Source: Takakia lepidozioides (Eukaryota; Plantae; Bryophyta). Taken from it: a DNA stretch of 64,000 nucleotides. This document shows positions 27,261 through 38,754 of the stretch, piece by piece. Location: positions 15,748,001 to 15,812,000 of the forward strand of contig CM060733.1 of assembly GCA_030704615.1 (NCBI GenBank), given 5' to 3'. The translations under genes and the position numbers were made by a program. The notes under the pieces were generated by a model. The model was not told the DNA's origin and searched no databases. It saw only the letters and a program-made list of their open reading frames with translations. Position 1 is the first letter of the stretch. Each line of letters opens with the position of its first letter.

Positions 27261-27346
27261 CTTAGAATCACAATATAATACATGTCATATTTGATGTATA
27301 CATATGGATATATACACATTATACGATATATGAATATGAACTCGTA

Positions 27347-28013
27347 CCGTAGGTTCATAGCAGATTAGGCACCCCAGTGCCTAATAATTATTAAATTTAG
27401 AATATTCATTTTAGGCACTTTGAAAAAAGATTTATGTAAATTAGACACTTTTCATCCATAATTTTTGATGTTAGGCACCTTTCATCACTTGGAACTTCTC
27501 CTTCCATCCCCAAAGGTCTCACGTACCCTCTCTCTTCTTCCCCAAGACAAACCCTAAAAAAAATCTTTTCTAATGGAGATGGCATCCGCGAACCCACTAC
27601 ACGATGCGGGCGCAAATGTGGAGATGGCTAACAATGGAGTAACCCAGCCTGGGCCAAGCTTAGGTCAGGCGCAACTTTTAGCCCGGAGGCTAAATCCTGG
27701 CCCAAACACACTAATGGGCTCAAATTGTGCTTCAATTTTTTGCCATGTCCTCGTTGGAACGACCCCGAGAAGTGGTTGGCCTAGGAGATGGAATTAAGCA
27801 GTGACATTTGAGAGTGAGAGAGAAATCCAGGCATTTGCTTTTTGGCTTTCAATAGAAATTATATAGAGTAAGATTTTTTTAGACAATTTTACTGAATTAG
27901 GCACTTTCATATTATTTTTCCAACCTTTTAGGCATAAATCTTGAAACATCACAGATTTGCTTAGGCACTTTTTTTTAAAATTAATTTGCGCCTAATCTGC
28001 TGTGAACCTACGA
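27347..28013. mobile_element. MITE with ~24-bp TIR and TA TSD
   Basis: TA|ccgtaggttcatagcagattaggc ... gcctaatctgctgtgaacctacga|TA. Repeated TAGGCAC motifs are shared with the 12802-13370 MITE. Confidence 0.8.
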
Positions 28014-28127
28014 TATATCAGATTGGACTGGTTTCAGCTCTGGTTTTTTTTCTTTTTTTTTTTTTTTTGAAAGTATAGGGATTCGAACCCTTATAGCTGT
28101 AATGGATGGGGGAACACACTAGAAATA

Positions 28128-28207
28128 CCGTCCCTGGACAACCGTTTAGGCGATAATTAATTCAAAATGAAAGTGCCTAATCAATTCTATGAATTTTTCA
28201 GATTTAT
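28128..28207 (+). mobile_element. Truncated left end of the 12802-13370 MITE family
   Basis: ccgtccctggacaaccgtttaggcgataattaattcaaaatgaaagtgcctaa is nearly identical to 12802-12855. It abuts the broken end of the Ty3 pol. Confidence 0.75.
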
Positions 28208-30210
28208 GGTTTAGATGGGTCTGCATATACCAATATTGGAGCCGTTGTAAATGTCTGCTTCAGCCTTTCAAATGCTTGGTCAGCCTCCTCGTCCCATACA
28301 AATTTGTCCTTCCCTGTAAGTCGTGTCAATGGTGCAGCAATTTTGGAGTAGTTAATGAAGATTTTATAGAAATTTGCAAATCCCAAAAAACATTGTACAT
28401 CTCAGACCGAAGTTGGTTTAATCCACTCGATGAGGGTTTGTATTTTCTTCTGATCCATAGAGACGTTTTTGTCGGAAATAGTGTAGCCCAGAAATTCGAC
28501 CTCAGATTGATGGAAAAAACATTTTTCCAACTTGGCATATAGCCCTCTTTTTCTTAATTTATCAAGGACAAGGCGTACATGGCGGCCATGTTCTTCTTCA
28601 TTCTGTGAAAATATTAAAATGTCGTCCAAATAGATGACTACAAAGTCATCTAAAAATTCTCGAAATATGTTATTCGTCATGTGTTGAAAAATTGTTGGAA
28701 TATTTATTTGTAAGACCGAAAGGCATAACACTGTATTCAAAATGTCCATACCTTATTCGAAAAGCTGTTTTCCATTTGTCTCATTCTTTTATCCGTACAA
28801 GGTTATAAACTCCTTGGTGAAAATCTTCGCTCGTCTCAGTTGGTCGAGAAGCCCAGAAATCAGCGGCAACGGATAACGATTCTTAATTGTGACTTTGTTG
28901 AGACCGGGACAGTCCACACACATGCGTAATGATCCGTCCTTTTTTTTCACAAACAAGATAGGCGCCCCCACAGGTGATTTTGAATGTCAGATGAAGTTCT
29001 TCGACAAATTTTCATCAATATACTCACGTAATGCAGCCAACTCCGTCTGGGATAAGTTATAGATTGGGCTGAATGGTGGTTGGGCTCCTTCTTGTAACTC
29101 AATTGCACAGTCATAAGGTCGATGTTCTGGCAATATGTCTGCATTTTTCTTCTCGAAGACATCCTTGATATCTTGATATTGAGTGGGTAATGTCGAAGTA
29201 CCTTTGTCTGTTGTGGTCTTGATCGGAGTCACATAAAGTGCAAATGCCGCATCTTTTTTGGTAGCTCTCATGAAAGCTCTAGCTCCAAGGAACAGGGGTT
29301 GAATACCTTTGATATTTCTACATTTTTGTCTTGTAGAAATTTTTCGTGATCGCCAGTCGATGTCAGGATTGTGAAGTATGAACCAGGGAAGTCCAAGGAT
29401 CACAGGATTCGTTGGAGACTGGATGATGTTGAAAACAATATGTAATGCTTGATCTTCAAGCTTCACTTCAAGTGGTCGAGTTTCATGGTCAACATTTCCT
29501 TATGCTAACGGTCGTCCATTGATGACTTCAACGGGGACTGAGAGTTTCTTCTTTACGAACGTTAAATTATATTGCTTCGCAAAGTTTTTGTCAATAAAAC
29601 ATGTTGAAGCCTCTAAGTCTAAAAGTGCTTCTACAGAGATATCTCGATTTTGCACTCTGATTTTTACCAGAACTATGAAGCAAGGTGCAAGGTCTGGAGG
29701 TAGAAAGAGACATTTTTTTGGTGAGGAATTTGTGGTGTTTAGCCGCATGGTCCCTACTGTGACTGGACATCTTCGTTTTCCGACCTCCTCGTATCGAATA
29801 CTTGAGTTGCGCCCCGAGCTTTTAATCTTCTCTTGTTGGGGCAGTTTAATGCTATGTGATCTTCTTCTCCGCAATAGAGGCATAATCCATTCGAGCGTCG
29901 TCTTTGTTTTTCTTGTGGCGTCAATGGCTTGAATCGGACAGCATCAATCTGCATAGGATCACTACCGGATGTCTGATGGATTGTTGTATTTGGTGCTGTA
30001 ATAGCAGCGGCATGATGCGTCGTCGACCATCCAAATCGCTTCTCTTGATAACTTTCGAACAAACGATTATCGCATGCAATGACTTGGGTGATGAATTCGC
30101 TTAGTGTGCTCACGTTTGGCATGTCAGCAACAAATCTTTTACATCCTCCTTTAGTCCACATCAAAACTGACTAATGAGGCTCTTCTCATTCCAGTCGAGG
30201 TTGCATGCAA

Positions 30211-31611
30211 CACTACAACAGATCGCGGTAGTTATGACTGCCAAACCGTGGTACATGGTTTTCATGACTTTGACCATGACTGCACCATGTTTTTATATGA
30301 AATTGACCTCCCGCAGTCGTTCCTACGACTGTACGTCTGTATGACTATATGGCTCCGGAATGGGCGGAAGGCTGGTCAATGGCAATTGACCAGATTTAGC
30401 TCACCATTCATAGTCATTTCCACGACTACAGTGTACATGGATGAGGTTACGTAGTCATCATGAGTACTGGGGATTTTGTAATTTGGTGTGTATAATACAA
30501 TTAAAACACCATATGATCATATGAATGACTAATGGGTGTATTCAATCACGAGGTGAAAGATCTGAGGTACATCCTTGGATAAAAGACTTGACAGAAATCT
30601 TTGATAAGAGTTGGCATGGAACACCAAAAGCAGGAACTCCAGTTTCTGAAGCAGAAGATGAAGAAGGAGAAGAGGATGTGGCAGAGCCAACGGAGAGTTC
30701 AGACTCTCCAACACCATTACAGTTGAGTTACATGAGTGAAGAAGAAACCCAAGGGCAGAACTTGGAGGATGAAAACAGAGAGAAGAAATTAGAAGAGGAA
30801 GAATATGAAGAAGTAGACCCAACAGCTGAGGTTGAGACTACAACCAGGACATCCCAACCCGTTGGACCTGGATCAAGTGGAGCACTTGGATCACATGCCA
30901 ACGAAGGTGTCGGCTCAGGGGGATCAGGCGGGCTGCCTGGATCTGGCTCTGGGGGGACAGAGAGTGTGGGAAGTAGTGCAACTGAAGCTGGGAATACTGT
31001 GAATATCGTGGGGCCAGAAGCAAGGAGTGCTCAAGGGCCACCACTTAGTGGAAGATCCACCACAAAAACAACAGGTCCAGAAGGACCAGCACCAGCAAGG
31101 GTGCCAGCACCTGTCAGTGGGCAGAAGGTAGCAGGTAGTGAACTATAACTCTTATAGTAAAGAGGTTGTAGGTTCAAACTTCTCTAAGTACAATCAAATG
31201 GATAAAATGGCCCTAGGGTTAGTAGATGAGCTAGGGATAGCACGTGATACCCTAGATGGACTGCCACGTGGTTTTTTCATTATTATAAAATGCATTATGT
31301 CACGTGGCACAATGCGGTGCGACGCGGCGTTTAACATATGTTTTTATTTTTTATTTATTTTATTTTATTTTATTTTTTAAATCAATTGCGCCTCATCACG
31401 TGGCGCGGCAGCGGCGGTTGCAGTATGGTATATATGACTGCAGTGAGAGATATCACTTGGTTCATATGACTGTAATCATCCAGACCGTACCATCATGTAC
31501 TCATTGTATTGACTTGGTTTGCATGACTTATAGTCATAGAAGTCATATGTACCATTTATGACTATAGAATAGTCATAAATACAGTCATAAATACCGCGAT
31601 CTGTTGTAATG
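30211..31611. mobile_element. Non-autonomous CACTA (Pack-CACTA), 1401 bp, 3-bp TSD CAA
   Basis: 30-bp TIR CACTACAACAGATCGCGGTAGTTATGACTG / CAGTCATAAATACCGCGATCTGTTGTAATG (2 mismatches). CAA at 30208-10 and 31612-14; subterminal ATGACT/AGTCAT repeats. Removing it restores the gag frame EFRQL|ACNLDW. Confidence 0.95.
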
Positions 31612-32230
31612 CAAGTTGTCGAAATTCAGCAGCATAAACGGAAGCAGGACGTGCTCATTGTCAAATATTTCGCATCTTTGTCTCTACAACTCTCTCCCTA
31701 TCATTTTCTCCAAACGTTGCAGTGAACTCGGACATGAATGCTTCAAAATTGTATAGTAAATGCGAATTTTTTTCTAATACCGGTGCAAACCAAGATAAGG
31801 CAGTGCCTGATAAAAGGGTGCCCACGAATCCCACTTGAATACCTTCATCGGGGTAACGTTGTGGATGTAGTCGTAGGAACAGTCGTATTTGTAGAACAAA
31901 ACCGCAAAATCTTCATCTTGTCCCATCAAATTTCTCGGGCATGCTGATCTCTGGTTCTCTCGTAATATGTTGAAGAGGAACCGTTGCAGTAGGAGCTGAT
32001 AGAGACTCGTATGGTTGATGATCCATTGTTCGACTCATTTAACTCTGAAATTTGTTGTTGCAATTTGTGGAGAGCGTTGCCAAGATCTTGAGACTGATTA
32101 GCTTGTAATTGGGCGGTAGAGGTACGAAGTTCTTGCATCTGGAGCTGAAGACTCTGCAATGTGGCGACCATTTCTGCAAATGTGTCTTCAATCTTAACTA
32201 ACTAGGGAACAAACTTTAGTCTCGCCAAAC

Positions 32231-32842
32231 TGTCAAGGACGAGAACATGACTGAACACAAACAAGATATCAGACTAGAGGTACAAGACTAGACAAGAAGT
32301 CAAGGTCGGCGTGGCCGAATGCATGATGGATAAACATGAATTAAGATGATCTTTATAACATTGGACAAGAGTATAAGATACTGGAATTCGACTCGAATAC
32401 TGGAATGCTGGAAACTGGGCTAGAGTATTGAAAGTTGGACTGGAGTACTGGGACTGGAAACAAGAGAAGCTTGAACTTGTGTTGGCGAAACTGAAGAGTA
32501 TCCAGTCTCGCCTCCTATATATACTGGCTACTAGGAGGTTCCCTGATAAGCTTCCACAAAAGAGGTTTCTTGATGGAGAAGTTTTCTTAAACAAAGGAGG
32601 TATCTTAATGGAGAAGTTTCTTTAAACAAAGGAGGTATCTTGATGGAGAAGTTTCATCCAAATGAAGCTTCCTAAGCAGTTTCCCAAGTTACTCTCGGTA
32701 ATTTGATAAACTCCTGGTAACTTGGTAACTAATGATAACTTATGGTAAATCATGGTAGATCACGGTAACTTTTGGTAACATTGTAACTTGGTAACTTCTG
32801 GTATTTACTCCTGGTAAGTTCCTCTGGGCTATGTCTGTGACA
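32231..32842 (-). repeat. 5' LTR (612 bp) of the minus-strand Ty3 element
   Basis: Termini TGTCA...TGACA. TATATATA at 32516-32523, internal GGTAACT repeats and a short duplication. A PBS-position motif follows at 32228-32218. Confidence 0.75.
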
Positions 32843-33244
32843 GGCTATGCTCAACAATGGTGGCAGAAACGTCTTCATGACCAAGGTCCAAACCCAGAAA
32901 GCTTGAGCTGGAGTGGGTTCAAGGAACTCATGAAAAGACAGTTTGTGCCCCTCAACGCGTCATGGCTCGCCCGAGACAAGATGAGGAATTTGAAGCAAAC
33001 GGATGACATTCGGGGATATGTTCAGGCTTTCAATGTGCTGTTGCTCGAAGTTGCGGATATGGCAGAACCAAAAATGGTCTTCAACGTTGTGGCAGGACTG
33101 GCCCTATGGGCCAGCCGGAAGTTGGAGGAGAAGCCACCTAAGACTTTGAATGAGGCAGTTGAAAGGGCTGAATGTTTCTCGGATGTCCCTAGGGGCGAAA
33201 GACAAGGCCGTACGGAGCTGAACCACAAGAACACCCAACAATGA
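32843..33244 (+). pseudogene. Fragment of a second Ty3/gypsy gag (retrotrans_gag) cut by the LTR
   Basis: AQQWW...LSWSGFKELMKRQF...LKQTDDIRGYVQAF...GL...PKTLNEAVERAE. It starts exactly at the LTR boundary. Confidence 0.8.
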
Positions 33245-33246
33245 GT

Positions 33247-36200
33247 AGGAAGACACTGAAGGAGTTTTTGACGAACCTCCTTCTCTAGATGCAAAACAAG
33301 CCATCATACTTGAGAAAAAAGAAAACCTGAATGTCATCTTTAGGTCCCTTCTGATTGAGGTTGGTATACTCGAGATCCCACTGTGTCGCATGATCTCAAT
33401 GCAAGTGGTAAGGCCTGCCCTTGCCAATGACATTCTTAAACTAAGAGCTGATTTCTACTCAGGATATCACCTTGGGGCCTCAGTATTTTATGTATCTCTT
33501 GAGGGGATTGAGGGATCCATTGTTGATGTCACCCCCGATATCACATCCACATGGGATATCCATTGGAAGGAGGTGAACAAAGAATTTGAAGACTATCTTG
33601 AGTCAAAGCCTACATTGCACCATTTGAGGGGCAAGATGTTCCATGTCTGGGACGGCAATCACAGACTTCAAGCATGGTTGTCTTACATCAAAGAAGTTCA
33701 TAAAGCAAACAAATTAAGGCATGTGCGTGTAACAAGCTGGGTTTTGAATGCTGAGATCAACAATCGTGGATCACTTAGGTCCATCATGGATGGAGTCAAT
33801 GTGTAATTATTTTTTTCCATCGTCATCAATTACATTTCTCTATTTGACTTCATTTGGAAAGTGTGGTCATGCGTTGCTTGTGTATCAATGTGTAAGGCGA
33901 CCGAGAGAGCTTATGTCACATCCAAGTTTGTTCACCTGGTGTGTAAGGTGAATATAATTGGTCTTACCCAAGTCACAGAGTGGGAGAATGTCTTAAAGAG
34001 CAATATGAGGAATGTTTGAAGAAGGTGGAAAGACTTGGTACAATCTCACCGTCCATGCGATGACGGAAATTCTATACAAGGTCAGTTTTATACACTGCTA
34101 CATCATTTCTGTACTTCTATACTTTGATAAATTCAAGGTTGCAAGATTGTTGATGGATGGTTGTTTGTTTCTATAGCATGAAATTGTGGAGGCACAACGC
34201 ATGGCAGGGGAAGCATATAGATTGCAAGATGGGCCAAAGTCTCAGGAAGGATTGGAAGATGTCATGAAACAGGGTGGACTTAAGGCAAGGGAACACCACA
34301 AGAGTCAACTGGTGAAGCTACTACCTGTGGCCGATCCCACCTTGGGGGAAGGATTCCTCAAGGAATTGAAGTTGCACTGGTCACGTGCTAAGGCAGGGTC
34401 CGAGGAGATGACTCAGGAGAAGATGGTAATCATATCCACGGCAAGGGTGGATCTAGAAAAGAAGGTGGAATGGCTGCATATTTGGAATGGAGATCAAGCA
34501 TTGAGAGACCAAAAATTCTACCCACCGAGGCCCATCAGTGGGCCAACACTGGATCCCTGGCTCAATAGAAGAATATTTTGGTGGCAGGTGCAAATTTGCA
34601 TTGCTCTTGCTCTTTCGAAAAGGTCCTTATGTGCAAGATACCTGTTCTTTGCAAGTTTTTTCCACTTCGCAACAAAATGACATCATACATTGTTTGTTTC
34701 ATACACAGCTTCGAAATGTGGCTTTGGCACAATTTGCTTTGTATACCACCCAGTCTGGACAATTCCATATTGCTTTGGAGGAAGGTGAGGGTGAGAGTTT
34801 GGGAGACTATATTGACACGTGAAAAATGGCTCATTTCAATGAGTTGTTCCATAGAGAGTTCTATTTGCCAAAAGGACCATTTCGAGGCAATGACTGGGAA
34901 CAGCAAGTTGGGGGAGAAAAAGTTGTCAAACGGATTCACTTCAGGTATTGTCATATATATCCATCAATTCTGTTTTACTGAACTGTGCAAACAATTCAAA
35001 GGTTTTTGTGGTTGTGGAATTACAATTTGTTGCAATTTGTGTTTGTTCTCTTGTTGTTCAGGTACATGAGATTTGTTCTTGGACCTGATGATCGGCTCAA
35101 AGCGGAGCCAAAATTTCTTATGGCTTGGAAATTTGGTGCACCTCCAGCCACAATGTACACCCCATAAATTGAGAATGATTGGGGTAGAGAGCATCGCGAG
35201 GGAGGGGGGTGGTACTTGGATATGCCAAAAGGGAGTGTTCCATATGCAGAATCGGCTCTTTCACAAGGATTGTGTTGCTAGGCAACAGCTAAGTGATACT
35301 AGAGTGGCCACTACTGAGGTTCCACTCAAAGAACTGGAATAAGCTGAGCAGATAGCGTCCTAGGCTGCTAATGTTGTGGCTGAGGCAATCCCTGCAGCAG
35401 TTGGTGTGCCAAAGCGGAAAGCTCGTAAGAGAAAAGAGGTGGAAGTTGTTGGTGTGGTTGGTCCACTGTCTTTAGTGCCTGCACCTGATAGCTCCACTCA
35501 GGCTTCGGGACAGCTGATCATTTCCCCTCAGCCACCAGCTAGTCTAGGTGTTAAGTCGGGAGAGCGTCCTTTCAAGGCAGTGTCATTTCCATCTCGCAAC
35601 CTGGGCCCCTATTGCATGAAGATTTTTCCAACACATTTTATTGACATGGTCATGGCCTCCTCCATTGAGCAACATCCTACCCTTGTGGAGCTTCTTGGGT
35701 TTTTCAAAAATGTGAGATCTCATTTTTTGTTCATGATGATGTGGTTTGCTTTCTTCTCTTTGTGTCTTGTTGTATTCAGATGCGTTTTAAATTTTGCTCT
35801 CATGTGTTCTTTTGCAGCTTCTAGGACCTTGGCTGAGTGTCATTGACGGGCAGCGGGCACCTTTCTCTGTGGATATGATCATCGTCGACTGTCCTACTGG
35901 AATGCCCGTTGAGGGTTGCTTAATTGGATGGGGTGTCACCTTGGAATGCTTTTGACAAGCGTTATTGGGAGTTTGCTTTTTCCATTGCAAATGACTTGTT
36001 GGATGACAACGGTTGTTTAGTGTTCTTGCAGGGCACTGATGATACTTCCGCTATGGAGCTGCATTCTTTTTCAAAAGGCAACAAAGTGTCTGTCTTGTCA
36101 AGGAAGTTCACATGTATTAACACCATCCCTCTCCATACAAGCACTGGAAAGGTATTGATCTTAATCAACCACCTTGCTTGCTTCTATTCTTTGTACTGAG

Positions 36201-37247
36201 AATGTTCTCTATCTTCTACTTGTGAACTTTTCAAAATCTTGGAATGTGCGTTAATACTCTTTGGTGTGAATACATGTGTGGCAGACCATCTTCTTCCATG
36301 CACATGTCTTGACTAAGCAAGGTGGATGTTTTAAATTTCACGAGTCTGGCAAACTGGTGGATCCCCTTGTGGATCCTGTTCAGTTGGATGCACTCTTCAA
36401 CCACATTCCGGATGGTTGTTTGCCTATGCAATCTGCTGGACAGGCTTGGAGGGGTGCACGGGATCATAGTCCTGCATTTATGCAGGTGCTGTTGGAGACA
36501 TGTTCGCCTCCAGGTTCACGGATTCTGGATCTGACAGTTGGGACAGGTAAATTCAGTTTTTGCACACTGTCTTTGGATGCATGTCAATAAATTTGCAGTG
36601 TTGTAAATGGTTTGGGTATGTTGTGGTGCACGTTCAACTTTCATTGCTGCAAGTGCGTCGAGTCATCATGTCTTTGGTCTTGAAGGGGACAAAGCGCTGT
36701 ATGCAGCACGTTTGTCTGCACTTCAAGAACATGTTCCCAATGTTGTTTCGTCAGCACTTGTTACTCCTACCATTCAGCATCCTCTCACTTTGTTGGAGCC
36801 CCCTGCTCCAAAGCAAGCACGCAAACTTGCACTTAACCTCAACTATATTTTGTAGTGAATGTACGTCTCTTCTTCTTTGGCTTTATTATCATGCTAGTTA
36901 AACTTTGAATTGAGTCCACTACATGTTCTTGTTTTGTGTGCATTATTTAGTTGTTTTTTTCTTCTCTTGTGTGCAGTCATGGACTCATGCGGTCTATCTT
37001 CGACGATCTGCCTGCTAGTCCATCTTCATCTTTCTCTCTCCCAAAGTATGCAGAGGACTTAGCTATGCATTCTAATGAGCTAGAGAATGCAAATGTAGGT
37101 TTTCGTGGTTTTGGGTTCCGTGGGTCTCAAGCTAGTGCTTCTAATCGCGGGGAGATGTTCCGTCGGGCAGAGGTTTTCATGGACATAGATGCTTATGTGT
37201 CTACTGGAGATATTGAGGATGACGTCTCTACCGAGGATGATTCTTAG
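33247..37247 (+). pseudogene. Multi-exon ParB/Srx-like plus beta-class N6A/N4C DNA methyltransferase-like gene, 5'-truncated and disrupted
   Basis: WDGNHRLQAW at 33648-33677. Motif IV-like SVDMIIVDCPTG at 35866-35901, then ..AFSIANDLLDDNGCLVFL. Motif X/I region SPAFMQVLLETCSPPGSRILDLTVGTG|STFIAA..HHVFGLEGD at ~36468-36690. About 9 exons with GT-AG introns, several in-frame stops and frameshifts. Confidence 0.75.
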
Positions 37248-38116
37248 AAAAACAATGTAGTTGGTTTTTTCTTATGCATTGAGCTGCAAGTACTTTCTTT
37301 GAAATGAAGAGAATATGAAGTTATTCATTCTCCTCCTTCAGAATCCAAGTTTTGGGGATTCATTTTTTGTGCATCATTCTGTGTAACAAATGGTTACAAT
37401 TAGACTTAAAAAATATTACATGCACATAAAACATGAAGTTGGAGGCATGCAAACCAAAATAGGAAATAACTTCACAAGGTGTGTAATTCGGAGTACTTGA
37501 CTAGAATCATGTGGAGGTGCACGGTTGTACTTGGAAAAATAAAATAAAATCCGTGGGAATAGGGTGTTCTTCAATTGTAAGGCAACACGGTTATAGGTCT
37601 ACTAGTATTCAATATGTTATCCGCGGTACTAGGGGGGGGTCATCCGTGAGCCTATGCTCACCAATGCAAGCTCACCGCTCTAGGCTCACGGAATAGCATC
37701 CATGCTATGCGCAGCCAAGACCAGATGTGTCGTTCTATGGGCTTGGAGTGTTACTACCTCATTCAATCGGAGTTCGTTCAGATATAGGAGTTGGCTGCGC
37801 CTCCGATAAATGTCTTCCTGCATTGTGAAACATCTGAAGCACGACACTTCAAGTAACTGTACATTTGAACAGACCTACTTACACCTACAGCTTTCAACAG
37901 AAGTACATTGTTTTTCAGCTTGACAACACATTTTTTGAATGTCGAGTCATTTCTCAATTGTCTTGTTTCTGATGGGTAGATAGGTGTCATCCACATACCA
38001 TCTGACCTAGAGTAGTACTGCCAGAAGGCTACGCAGTACTCTGCTCTATCAAAGCCCACTTGATCAAGTCATGCCTTTAAACCTACACCATTCAGGGACA
38101 TCAGGTTTGAACTTAC

Positions 38117-38487
38117 CAAGTCAATTGTGGATATCGACTTGTTCCGCTTCAAGGCATCAACTACTCTCTCAACGCCCTGGAAAAATGAAATCAGACCAAT
38201 CTCTAACGTCTTTACTTTGTGGAGTACACTACAGAGTGAAAGCACATAATTTCTATTTCAATAATGAATAAAAGGAAGAAATCAAGATTGTGGTTAAAAT
38301 GTGATACTGTCAGTCCCAAGTATTCTGAAGGTTTTGGAAAGGATTGGAGGTTGAACCTGGTCATGAACATCATTCATGTACAGATTCAGCCATTGCAAGC
38401 TTTTGCTCTTTTTAATGTATTGTGTCACATGGAATGCTCCCTTAGGCCTTATATTGTTGTTCCCAAGGTCCAGACTTGTTATCTTTC
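38117..38487 (-). pseudogene. Two orphan exons of a host RNI-like leucine-rich-repeat gene (resembles Arabidopsis At1g10510/EMB2004, from memory)
   Basis: Exon 38487-38357 KITSLDLGNNNIRPKGAFHVTQYIKKSKSLQWLNLYMNDVHDQ and exon 38176-38117 GVERVVDALKRNKSISTIDL. Both have AG/GT borders and join in phase. Confidence 0.75.
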
Positions 38488-38754
38488 CTACAATGGAGGA
38501 GCCGGTTAGTCAATGAAATCCTCCTTCCTCACTAACTTTTGAAGGAAACGCACATCCTGACAAAGTTCCTTCATTAGCTCATCATAAAATCACCTTTAGG
38601 TGCACCCATCTCTATAGAGGGCTGCATGAACCATGATTGTTGTGTGAACTCTCATTGGCCACTTGTAGGGGACGGGTAGATGCAGACTACACTGGTTCTG
38701 TTTGGACTGCAATTTGCAGTTTTCGACTGACTGCTTATCATATTATTCTTCACC

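Larger units (their letters stand above)
28204..32842 (-). mobile_element. 3'-truncated, degenerate Ty3/gypsy LTR retrotransposon (Tf1/sushi/Tcn1-like): 5' LTR, gag, PR, RT
   Basis: LTR at 32842-32231. gag runs from ~32171 (YAAEFRQLACNLDWNE, zinc knuckle CLYCGEEDHIALNC). Protease-like ALLDLEASTCF; RT motifs [17 protein letters not shown] and VVIYLDDILIFS. Ends at 28204 before RNase H/integrase. Confidence 0.92.

Noticed and set aside
30525-31148. Independent 207-aa host gene
   Set aside because: It is a copy of 50311-50900 inside CACTA TIRs.
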